Assembly (NCBI GenBank): GCA_964500025.1
Contig: CAZCMQ010000003.1
Span: forward strand, 1 to 27,662
From: an uncultured Candidatus Saccharibacteria bacterium
Lineage (GTDB): Bacteria; Patescibacteriota; Dojkabacteria; SC72
Direction of reading: 5' to 3'
DNA length: 27,662 nt
Made by a program: the position numbers and the translations under genes
Shown here: positions 1-7,214 of the stretch, piece after piece
How positions within the stretch are numbered: the first letter of the stretch is position 1
Layout: every line of letters starts with the position of its first letter
The notes under the pieces: generated by a model
Database searches by the model: none
The model's input: the letters and a program-made list of their open reading frames with translations, nothing else
What the model was told of the DNA's origin: nothing

Positions 1-429
1 GCTAAGAAGTATCAATCCTTTTATTATTTCTTTGAAATTTTGTGCTGTATAGTATGCAACCTTTGATGCTCCCAGAGAGGCGCCTTGAAGCCATACTTCT
101 TCATATCCGAGTGCTTCTGCTTTCTCCACCCAGGCGTTTATATCATGGGTACAGTCTTCAAATTTTTCATAAGCGTTTCCAATGTGTTTAAATTCTCCAT
201 CAGTTGTGTAGAAGGGGGTTATTGCATGTGTTCCTCTGTGCTCTACTGTGAGGAAAGCGATTCCACTTTGAGGGTATTGCTCTGACATGGATTGCAGATA
301 AGGCTCGGAGTATAAATCGCTTGCCATTCCATGTATTGAAATGATTATTTTTTTAGTAGGAGTGGATGGTTCAAAAAGGATTCCTGTGAAAGTAAGTTTA
401 TCTTTTGTATTTGTTGTTATAAATCTCAT
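1..429 (-). CDS. alpha/beta hydrolase, partial; the C-terminus runs off the window edge. Absent from the ORF track because no stop codon lies inside the window.
   Basis: A manual minus-strand translation from ATG at 429-427 gives 143 uninterrupted codons: MRFITTNTKDKLTFTGILFEPSTPTKKIIISIHGMASDLY...VWLQGASLGASKVAYYTAQNF. It has a GxSxG nucleophile elbow (GASLG) preceded by the HG oxyanion-hole motif (IHGM), typical of the alpha/beta hydrolase fold. Confidence 0.55.
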   Translation of the reverse strand, partial: MRFITTNTKDKLTFTGILFEPSTPTKKIIISIHGMASDLYSEPYLQSMSEQYPQSGIAFLTVEHRGTHAITPFYTTDGEFKHIGNAYEKFEDCTHDINAWVEKAEALGYEEVWLQGASLGASKVAYYTAQNFKEIIKGLILLS

Positions 430-434
430 AACTA

Positions 435-450
435 AATTCTAGCAGAATCT
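435..450 (-). promoter_or_regulatory. palindromic 15-nt motif (ATTCT-AGC-AGAAT core) 7 nt upstream of the ATG of the hydrolase gene, containing a TAGAAT -10-like hexamer on the coding strand
   Basis: AATTCTAGCAGAATCT at 435-450. A near-identical copy lies at 2291-2306, 8 nt upstream of the ATG of ORF 1579..2283. Confidence 0.4.
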
Positions 451-486
451 GTTGCAAAGGTTTATTCTTAGATATGAGAGAGTTTA

Positions 487-1575
487 CTAGTTTACTTGTT
501 TTATTTTGAGAAACTCTAACAACACCTCAGTGAAGACTCCTAGTGACTCTAAATCCACCCACTCATCAGCGACATGCGGCTCTGAACTATCAGGCTTAAT
601 CATAAGAACAGGAATATCTCTGTCAGCAAAAAATCTTCCATCGCTTGCGCCATGCGCTTTGTAGAAGTTAGATGTCTTTCCTTTCTCTTCAATTACCTTT
701 TTAAGTTTCTGAACCATGGGATCGTCCTGAGGTGTAAACATACACGCACCTCTACTTTTAGTCTCCATCTCGACGTTAAATTCATCACAGATATCTTGAA
801 CTTCTTTTTCTAATTGCTCAAATGCATATTTTTCTGTAAATCGCATATCAATACCCATTTTTGCCTCTGCTGGAACTTTATTTCGTGCATCTCCACCGCT
901 AATCATTCCTAGGTTTATACTTACATCCCACCTTTCTTCATCTTGAGGAATTGGATACTTTTCTGAAAGCTTTTTGTAAACAGAGATTAGTTTTTCGATT
1001 GCATTCTCACCTTGCCATGGTCTCGATCCGTGTGCAGGAATTCCCTTTGCAGTTACATCAAAGTGGAATACTCCTTTTTCTGCAATTACAATATCAAAGT
1101 CATTTCCTCCATCTGGTACAAAGGCATACTTTGATGTGTATCCTTCTTCTTTGAGAAGGTATTCAACACCGTCAAATCCTCCTATTTCTTCGTCTCCTGT
1201 GAGCATTAGTGCAACTTTTGTATTGTTTCCTGAATCTGGTTGTTGGAGCATTGCATATATCATTCCTGCAACAGTTCCCTTCATGTCACTTGTTCCTCTT
1301 CCATGCATCTTGTTTCCTTCAATTCTTGGTGTGAAGTCTTGTTCTGGAGCTGGGACTACATCAAAGTGTCCGTTTAGGATTATGTCAAAGTCTTTTGTAT
1401 CTTCCGTTGAGATCACGATGGAATATTTTCCATTATTCTCAAATTCTTTTACTACAAATCTCTCATCGAAAAGACTTTTAATGTAGTTTCTACACTTGAG
1501 TATTTCATCAGGCTTATCTGAGGTTGTTTGAAAGGAAACTAGCTTTTCTAAGATTTCGGTTAGGGATTGTTGCAT
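487..1575 (-). CDS. M20 family metallopeptidase (ArgE/DapE-like deacylase)
   Basis: 362 aa. It has the family-typical HGRGTSDMKG motif and the metal-binding H/D/E pattern (LNGHFDVVP ... MLTGDEEIGG). Confidence 0.85.
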   Translation of the reverse strand: MQQSLTEILEKLVSFQTTSDKPDEILKCRNYIKSLFDERFVVKEFENNGKYSIVISTEDTKDFDIILNGHFDVVPAPEQDFTPRIEGNKMHGRGTSDMKGTVAGMIYAMLQQPDSGNNTKVALMLTGDEEIGGFDGVEYLLKEEGYTSKYAFVPDGGNDFDIVIAEKGVFHFDVTAKGIPAHGSRPWQGENAIEKLISVYKKLSEKYPIPQDEERWDVSINLGMISGGDARNKVPAEAKMGIDMRFTEKYAFEQLEKEVQDICDEFNVEMETKSRGACMFTPQDDPMVQKLKKVIEEKGKTSNFYKAHGASDGRFFADRDIPVLMIKPDSSEPHVADEWVDLESLGVFTEVLLEFLKIKQVN

Positions 1576-1578
1576 GTG

Positions 1579-2283
1579 TTAATTATACACTACCTTTGTT
1601 CTCTGGAGCTTCCCATCCTCAATGCTGACTGCGTCTAATCTCCCGTCATACATAAGGACTCCAAGATATATTTGGGAATCCTCTGGGACTGTTTCCTCTA
1701 TTGCACGTTTGAAAGAAACAAGCTGATATATATCTTGTATAGAAAGATTGAGTCCAGGCTCTTTTATGCCAAATTTGCTTTTGATCTCTTGAGAGATTCT
1801 ATTTGTGAGTGTTTGTGATTTATCTTTCTCTGTAATCTTTGGGTGTGTATGACCAAGTATGTAGATATTTCTTTTATCATTAACTCCGTTGTTGATACTT
1901 TGACCTAATAGTTCTGAGTCAATTTCGACATCTTTGGGTTCAAGCACCTGCCCTTTTCTATATAGCATGTCTATATTGGTAATATTTATTGCTGAATTAG
2001 TTGATGTACCCGTTAACATATATGAGTATTCCAGGGCTGACTCTGGATCATTGATAATTTCTAGATAAACTGAGAGATGCTGCTTAGGAGTGTCTGAGGT
2101 TGTTATTAGATCTCCAGTTTCTTCTATTTTCTCAATTGGAATGGGGATGTTGCTTTTTGACTCAAAATCCAAGAGTGTATAGTCTTTAGTTACTTTATCA
2201 ATCAAATCTGCAAAGCCGCTGTTATTTAGTACTTCTAATGTCTCGTCCTTTGGGTCAAGTAGGTTTTCTTTTTGTTCTGTCAT
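1579..2283 (-). CDS. hypothetical protein, acidic, with a YILGHTHP segment reminiscent of a degenerate JAB/MPN metal-binding strand
   Basis: 234-aa ORF with no recognisable family. The NIYILGHTHPK...S motif resembles the HxHP core of JAMM domains, but the spacing is off by one and the Asp is missing. Confidence 0.45.
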   Translation of the reverse strand: MTEQKENLLDPKDETLEVLNNSGFADLIDKVTKDYTLLDFESKSNIPIPIEKIEETGDLITTSDTPKQHLSVYLEIINDPESALEYSYMLTGTSTNSAINITNIDMLYRKGQVLEPKDVEIDSELLGQSINNGVNDKRNIYILGHTHPKITEKDKSQTLTNRISQEIKSKFGIKEPGLNLSIQDIYQLVSFKRAIEETVPEDSQIYLGVLMYDGRLDAVSIEDGKLQRTKVVYN

Positions 2284-2290
2284 ATCTTAT

Positions 2291-2306
2291 ATTCTAGCAG
2301 ATTCTA
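2291..2306 (-). promoter_or_regulatory. second copy of the palindromic upstream motif (ATTCTAGCAGATTCTA)
   Basis: 14/15 identity with 436-450 and at the same position relative to a minus-strand start codon. It also overlaps the stop codon of ORF 2304..2582. Confidence 0.4.
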
Positions 2307-2582
2307 TTTTCTTGTTTTAATCCAAAGCTTCTTGAAAAAGGAGAGAGATAGGGTGGAGAGAACGAATCCTACTGTCGGTACAATGGCATTTATCCATGGA
2401 TTAACTTTCAAAACGAAATGGAAGTAAGTTGCTAGTGCGAGGTAGGTGAGTACTGTTATTGCGATTTTTCGTGCAAGACTTATTTCCCATTCCTTATCCA
2501 TTTCAACTTTCTTGTTTCTTTTCTCAATCTTTGCAATTCTTTTTTCAAGTTGAGAGATGCTTTGTAGTTTGCTGTTTCGCAT
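2304..2582 (-). CDS. small membrane protein (N-terminal charged/coiled segment plus two predicted TM helices)
   Basis: 92-aa ORF. Hydrophobic stretches IAITVLTYLALATYFHFVL and IVPTVGFVLSTLSLSFF. It sits tightly packed in a co-directional gene block. Confidence 0.4.
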   Translation of the reverse strand: MRNSKLQSISQLEKRIAKIEKRNKKVEMDKEWEISLARKIAITVLTYLALATYFHFVLKVNPWINAIVPTVGFVLSTLSLSFFKKLWIKTRK

Positions 2583-2593
2583 AAGAGATTATG

Positions 2594-3079
2594 TCAGCTA
2601 GTAATTTTGTTAGATCTTTTTACTTTATACCCTTTGCCAAGTGAATTCCATGGCAAATCTGGTTTAAATTCTGGAAAACTCTCTAAAATCCATTGCGCAT
2701 ATGTATTACTGTTAGGACCTAGGTATTTATAAATGTTTTTAAAAGGGTAGTTTGTCGATGATTGAAGAATCATATCTACCATCTGTTTTACATATGAGTA
2801 CTCATCTCCTGTTGCATAACCTCGCAGTTCTGCTTTCCAAGATAGATTTTTTCCCATATGGAATATGTCGCTGCCGATAAAAGGAGGGGAGTAGTCCTTG
2901 GTTACAAATTTTTTCTGAGCAGCTTTAACTAGTGTAATTTCCCATCTGGAAATATCTCCTTTGTTGTTAACTACAAACCAAGGGTGTTTGATGAAGCTGA
3001 AGGGTATTACAGAGTTGGAAGTGAATAGAAATACTTGGTACTTGGAGGGATCTAAAAGATGTTTGTACTCTCTGCGCAT
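2594..3079 (-). CDS. hypothetical protein
   Basis: 161-aa ORF, Trp/Tyr-rich, with no motif I can assign. Co-directional with its neighbours and separated from them by 12-14 bp gaps. Confidence 0.45.
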   Translation of the reverse strand: MRREYKHLLDPSKYQVFLFTSNSVIPFSFIKHPWFVVNNKGDISRWEITLVKAAQKKFVTKDYSPPFIGSDIFHMGKNLSWKAELRGYATGDEYSYVKQMVDMILQSSTNYPFKNIYKYLGPNSNTYAQWILESFPEFKPDLPWNSLGKGYKVKRSNKITS

Positions 3080-3092
3080 AAAGATTATATAA

Positions 3093-3548
3093 TTAACTGC
3101 TTTTCTGTAGGTCTAAAACTTTCTGTGTCGCGAATTCGTCGGCCTCTGTTTCCAAAACCTTTACTTCACTATCCTGCTGAAACCTTTTTAATCTCCCATC
3201 TTTATCTTGTAGAAAATGTTTGTACTCATGATAAATTATAAATGCAAGTTGAAATGGTCTGTTGTCAAGAATATTCATCTTCGTAAACAACTCTCTTCTA
3301 TCTTCCTTTACATCTTCAAGAACATTCTCAATCCCTATTTCTGTGTTTGGACAGGCAAGAATATTTGGTGATACATACCGTATTTCATGTAAGGTCTCGT
3401 CCTCATAGGCTAAGATTGTCATGTCATTTCTAACCTGCTGGTCAGTCGATTTCCAAACTGCAAGCAGTGATGTCGGAATAGGTTTGCTGCCGGTTTCATA
3501 GCTAGGAATAGAAATCGAAATTTCCTGTTGCCTTTTATTCATGACCAC
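3093..3548 (-). CDS. ImmA/IrrE-family (Peptidase_M78-like) zinc metallopeptidase domain protein
   Basis: 151 aa. IIYHEYKHF (HEXXH) is followed 22 residues later by ETEADEFATQKVL. This matches the ImmA/IrrE signature HExxH ... E.EAN.FA..hL, with the third zinc ligand Glu. Confidence 0.6.
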   Translation of the reverse strand: MVMNKRQQEISISIPSYETGSKPIPTSLLAVWKSTDQQVRNDMTILAYEDETLHEIRYVSPNILACPNTEIGIENVLEDVKEDRRELFTKMNILDNRPFQLAFIIYHEYKHFLQDKDGRLKRFQQDSEVKVLETEADEFATQKVLDLQKSS

Positions 3549-3614
3549 ATACTATCATGATAGCGTATTATGGAAAATAGAAACGGCAGATACGAGTCTG
3601 GAATCCAAGAAAAG

Positions 3615-4358
3615 CTAAAGGTATGCTGAAATGGCTGTAAATTTCTTGGTTAAAGTTATCTCCGGAATCTCTGGGTGACTTTTAGATAAACTATTGATTA
3701 TTGCATAGGTTATTAACCTCACTGTATATATAGTATTTTGTATCTCCTCTTCTGTTATGAAAATCTCTTGTCCTTGCTTTATATCTCTGACCGTTTGTTT
3801 ATTTGTGATGTCGACCGTTTTCTCTTCAGTCAAGTTTAGTATTGATGTTTTGACTTCTTGTCCATCAATCATCCCCTGTATTGAGATTAAAATAAGTTTT
3901 AAATCCCTTCGTGCAGAAGAAGCCCTGTGCCGAATATCATTCCTTATGAAAACTAGTTGTTGGCTTGTTGATTTTATTTCATCATCAAAATCGCAGATTT
4001 TATTAAGCAACTTGGTACTATTCTTTATTCCTCTGGCCTCCACCAGAGCTCCTTCATATTCAAGATTGTTTTGTGCAAGACTCGTTTTTAGTGCGAGTAA
4101 CTCCTGCAGAGTTTCTTCAAAGGAATCAATGATGCTCTTGAATGTATTATTGATTTGAGTTTTCCTATCAACATTACTTGTATTAGGTTGCAAGGGTATG
4201 TAGTCTACGACTTCTTTATGTGTTATCGCATTACTAGATAATGACCTAACCAAGGCATTGTGATATGTATCTAAGCTAGTTTCTAGTTTAGACACCACTT
4301 CAATTGTTTTTGTCTGATAATCCATAGCTTTGGAAAAGTTTTCTAAATGGCGGGACAT
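3615..4358 (-). CDS. hypothetical helical protein with an RNxxxH (HEPN-like) motif
   Basis: 247 aa. FIRNDIRHR (R139-N-x3-H144) lies in a predicted helical region. The ORF is flanked by a ~25-bp imperfect direct repeat (3588-3606 and 4359-4380). Confidence 0.45.
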   Translation of the reverse strand: MSRHLENFSKAMDYQTKTIEVVSKLETSLDTYHNALVRSLSSNAITHKEVVDYIPLQPNTSNVDRKTQINNTFKSIIDSFEETLQELLALKTSLAQNNLEYEGALVEARGIKNSTKLLNKICDFDDEIKSTSQQLVFIRNDIRHRASSARRDLKLILISIQGMIDGQEVKTSILNLTEEKTVDITNKQTVRDIKQGQEIFITEEEIQNTIYTVRLITYAIINSLSKSHPEIPEITLTKKFTAISAYL

Positions 4359-4499
4359 ACGAGTCTGGGACCTAATATCCCAAGTGAATTATACAGAAAA
4401 TTAGATAAAAGAGACAGTATAAAAGAGGGAGGAGTATCTTTCTTATGCCATAAATCTGCGTAATGTTAGATCCTCATCACAGCTTTAACGACCAAGATT

Positions 4500-5228
4500 C
4501 TATTTTTCAGGGTAGTCTTTCTGTATCTGGGCTTTTAACCTGTTATTCTCATCCTGCAAGGCGAGTAGATCTTTCTCAAAGGTTTCAATAAATTCTATAG
4601 ATCCTATATCTTTGTCCACTTCATAAAGGAGATTCGTTACTCCTAATATTATATTAGACGCTTGCCATAATGCTGTTTTAACATGGAACTCGTTCTCATA
4701 ATCAGGAAAAGGCATGTGTGCGACCTTTTTTTCGAGTTTAAAATTTCTATGTGCCTCTACAAGGTTTGAATGAGAAGAATTCTCGTTAATTGCGTCTTTC
4801 ATCCTTTTGATTGCATCTGAACCATGGCTAAAGTTATCTGAGAGCCATTGATATTGCTTTTTCCTAAGTTCTTGCGTGGACTTTATTATCCCGGTTTCAT
4901 CTTCTACTACGAAGCCTTCCTTGTCAGGATTGGCAATTGCATATGCAGCACTAGCTGAGGCTTCTAGGACCTGTCTGAGATTCATCATCGCTTGCGTATT
5001 TTGAAGGCGTAATATCGAAAGGACTGCAAGCAAGTGGTGCTTTCTTATCTGTCCCAAGAATGCCATAAATATAAATCTTGAGACATCAACACTGACAATA
5101 AACTGTTGTAGGAAGTTGTAGAAACCAATCGCATGTTGGTAGTGTTCACCGTAACGCTTTTGTGCATCAAGCACCATTAATCTCTCGCTCTCAACGATAT
5201 TTTCAAAAGTATCATCTTTGTACTGCAT
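4500..5228 (-). CDS. hypothetical helical protein
   Basis: 242-aa ORF, co-directional. No assignable motif. Possibly resembles Abi-associated helical domains, but I could not verify that. Confidence 0.45.
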   Translation of the reverse strand: MQYKDDTFENIVESERLMVLDAQKRYGEHYQHAIGFYNFLQQFIVSVDVSRFIFMAFLGQIRKHHLLAVLSILRLQNTQAMMNLRQVLEASASAAYAIANPDKEGFVVEDETGIIKSTQELRKKQYQWLSDNFSHGSDAIKRMKDAINENSSHSNLVEAHRNFKLEKKVAHMPFPDYENEFHVKTALWQASNIILGVTNLLYEVDKDIGSIEFIETFEKDLLALQDENNRLKAQIQKDYPEK

Positions 5229-5360
5229 TCTGGTAAATTACTGCAACATTATATAGAGTATTATAACCAAGTTTGGAGAACTCCTCTATTGGTAGGGTAG
5301 ATGTAGAATAGTCAGAAAGAGCCCAAGAATTCCAGGGCCTAGAAAGCTAGAATCGTAGAA

Positions 5361-5744
5361 TTATTTTATGGTGCTCTCTATTTCCAAATCTATTATGTCT
5401 ATTGATTTCTGCATTGCTTCGCATATTTCCATATACCACATATGGGTTTCATGAACGCTATGCTTCTTTTTGCTAGTAAACTCACTTACCTTCTCTAAAA
5501 CGGATACTGGAAAGGCTGTATTAATTTTGTCTACTAAATCATGTGGATATTTCCCGGATAGCATTGCATCTAATAGCTCACTTTTTACCTTGTTATAGAC
5601 AGATTCCAGTCTAGATCTCTTATCCTTCAGAAAATCTACCTTTAATGTCTTTTTCCATTTTTTGTATTCAATTAACTGTACAATCACTGGGACGATGCTT
5701 GCAATTATTCCACCAACTATAGTTGCTAAGATTGTTTCTGACAT
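5361..5744 (-). CDS. hypothetical membrane-anchored protein (single N-terminal TM)
   Basis: 127 aa. N-terminal TILATIVGGIIASIVPVIVQLI. Its start codon lies 21 bp from the 3' end of tRNA-Asp. Confidence 0.4.
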   Translation of the reverse strand: MSETILATIVGGIIASIVPVIVQLIEYKKWKKTLKVDFLKDKRSRLESVYNKVKSELLDAMLSGKYPHDLVDKINTAFPVSVLEKVSEFTSKKKHSVHETHMWYMEICEAMQKSIDIIDLEIESTIK

Positions 5745-5764
5745 ATAGCGGATTGTTAATTAAA

Positions 5765-5841
5765 TGGCGGAATGGACGGGACTCGAACCCGCAACCTTCG
5801 CAGTGACAGTGCGATGCTCTAACCAATTGAGCTACCACTCC
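5765..5841 (-). tRNA. tRNA-Asp (anticodon GTC), CCA encoded
   Basis: Manual cloverleaf: acceptor GGAGTGG/CCATTCC, D-stem GCTC/GAGC, anticodon stem TCGCA/TGCGA with loop CTGTCAC, T-arm GCGGG-TTCGAGT-CCCGT, discriminator G, then CCA. Confidence 0.9.
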
Positions 5842-5939
5842 AAATTCCTGCAAAGTATATCAAAACAAACGTAACTGCACAACATACGCTATAGCAAAAA
5901 TATATTGTTGCCTCAGACTTTAAGTGTTACACTCTCCCA

Positions 5940-6827
5940 ATGCTCTCCCAGATATTTAGAAACAAAAAGAATATAGAACTCTTCAACCACACCCTAATCC
6001 TCACAGATGAACAGCTGAACATAACAAAAGTTGAGGTAGGAACGGGTAAAATTCTAAAAGACCTTCAAGGAAACTTCATTGACTCAGTCTCAAACGGTTT
6101 CAAAAATAAACTCAAATATGAGATAGATCGGCTTGGACCAAGAAGACTGTGCATATCACTTGATATACAGTTAGATACAAACATGGGCATGATGCCATTT
6201 AAGCTAATCATCACAAGAAACAATGAGGGACTGCAAATAATTGCGGTTGAAATGACTGAAGCACTACGAATGAAAGAAGAAACCGAAGACCTTTACTATC
6301 TAGCATTTTTTGACCCCCTGACAGAACTTCTCAACAGACGAGGCTACTACCTCATGGCAATCAACCTCATTCAAAGGGCTGCAAGAGATGGGCATGGAGT
6401 CGGAGTCTTGCATATAGATATGGATGCACTAAAACAGATTAATACAGACGAAGGACATAAAGGAGGGGATAGCGCAATCAAAGAGTTAGCTGAAATTGTG
6501 CGTAGGGCAACAAGAAAAACAGACGTTTTGTCAAGGTTTGGAGGTGATGAGTTTGTAATATCTTTTGAAGTAGATCCCAAAAAAGATTTCACAATTGAAG
6601 ACATGTCTGAAAGACTACTTAGATACTCAAGAGCAAATAAAGGACACAGAAGCACACTCTCTATTGGAGCTCACTTGATTAAAGCAGGCAGAGTAAAGGA
6701 GATGGATGAATCTAAAGATATTCAGAAAGAATTGGAGTACGAAGTATCAGTAGCTGACAAATATGGAAGACTTGCCAAGAAACTGGGCAAAGATAGATAT
6801 ATCACAAAAAAGATATATAAACCCTAG
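5940..6827 (+). CDS. GGDEF-domain diguanylate cyclase with an uncharacterised ~130-aa N-terminal domain
   Basis: Contains DPLTELLNRRGY, the intact active-site RFGGDEFVI, and an RxxD I-site (RKTD) 5 residues upstream of GGDEF. Confidence 0.85.
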   Translation: MLSQIFRNKKNIELFNHTLILTDEQLNITKVEVGTGKILKDLQGNFIDSVSNGFKNKLKYEIDRLGPRRLCISLDIQLDTNMGMMPFKLIITRNNEGLQIIAVEMTEALRMKEETEDLYYLAFFDPLTELLNRRGYYLMAINLIQRAARDGHGVGVLHIDMDALKQINTDEGHKGGDSAIKELAEIVRRATRKTDVLSRFGGDEFVISFEVDPKKDFTIEDMSERLLRYSRANKGHRSTLSIGAHLIKAGRVKEMDESKDIQKELEYEVSVADKYGRLAKKLGKDRYITKKIYKP

Positions 6828-6829
6828 GA

Positions 6830-7168
6830 TTATGCTGAGTGCTTAGTTAAAGCATTCTCATAAACACCCTTTGGCTGTACACCAATGAATGTTTCAACTA
6901 ATCCCCCGTCTTTAAACAGTAATACAGTTGGAATACTCATAACCTGATATTTCTGTGTCGTCTCAGGATTCTCATCGACATTAAGTTTCTTCATCTCAAA
7001 TTTTCCAGCGTTTTCGTGGTAAAGCTCGTGCAAAATAGGTTCAAGCATATGACATGGCTGACACCATACGGCCCATAAATCCACTAAAACTAAACCCTTT
7101 GAATTTAACACCTCACTCTCAAACTGAGAGTCAGTAATATCGAAATCATGACTATGACCGTTATGCAT
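6830..7168 (-). CDS. trxA: thioredoxin
   Basis: WCQPC active site (LVDLWAVWCQPCHML) and the thioredoxin-fold pattern throughout. The start is taken at the internal Met (MHNGHSHDFDITD...). The 50 upstream codons of the 6830..7318 track ORF have no homology and would overlap the divergent TsaC start. Confidence 0.85.
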   Translation of the reverse strand: MHNGHSHDFDITDSQFESEVLNSKGLVLVDLWAVWCQPCHMLEPILHELYHENAGKFEMKKLNVDENPETTQKYQVMSIPTVLLFKDGGLVETFIGVQPKGVYENALTKHSA

Positions 7169-7214
7169 TGTATTAGTGGTATAATTTATATGTTTTAGTA
7201 TAGCACAGCCGTCA

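Noticed and set aside
85-285. 66-aa plus-strand ORF at the window start
   Set aside because: It lies antisense to a continuous 143-codon alpha/beta hydrolase reading frame (1..429, minus) that has clear GxSxG and HG motifs, so it is a shadow ORF.
951-1486. Plus-strand ORFs 951..1154 and 1136..1486
   Set aside because: Both are entirely antisense to the well-supported M20 peptidase gene and have low-complexity, non-protein-like composition.
2594-3079. Assignment of ORF 2594..3079 to a named DUF (I had a vague recollection of DUF3750)
   Set aside because: I could not reproduce any diagnostic motif from memory, so it is left as hypothetical.
1579-5765. Calling the island an integrative mobile element
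   Set aside because: No integrase, recombinase or transposase ORF was found, and I did not find a duplicated tRNA 3' end. It is described as a tRNA-proximal accessory block only.
5668-5853. 61-aa minus-strand ORF
   Set aside because: It overlaps the tRNA-Asp gene and the start of ORF 5361..5744. Its translation (HCHCEGCGFESRP) is simply the tRNA read as codons.
6371-6655. 94-aa minus-strand ORF
   Set aside because: Antisense to the GGDEF domain coding region. Ser/Leu-rich shadow translation.
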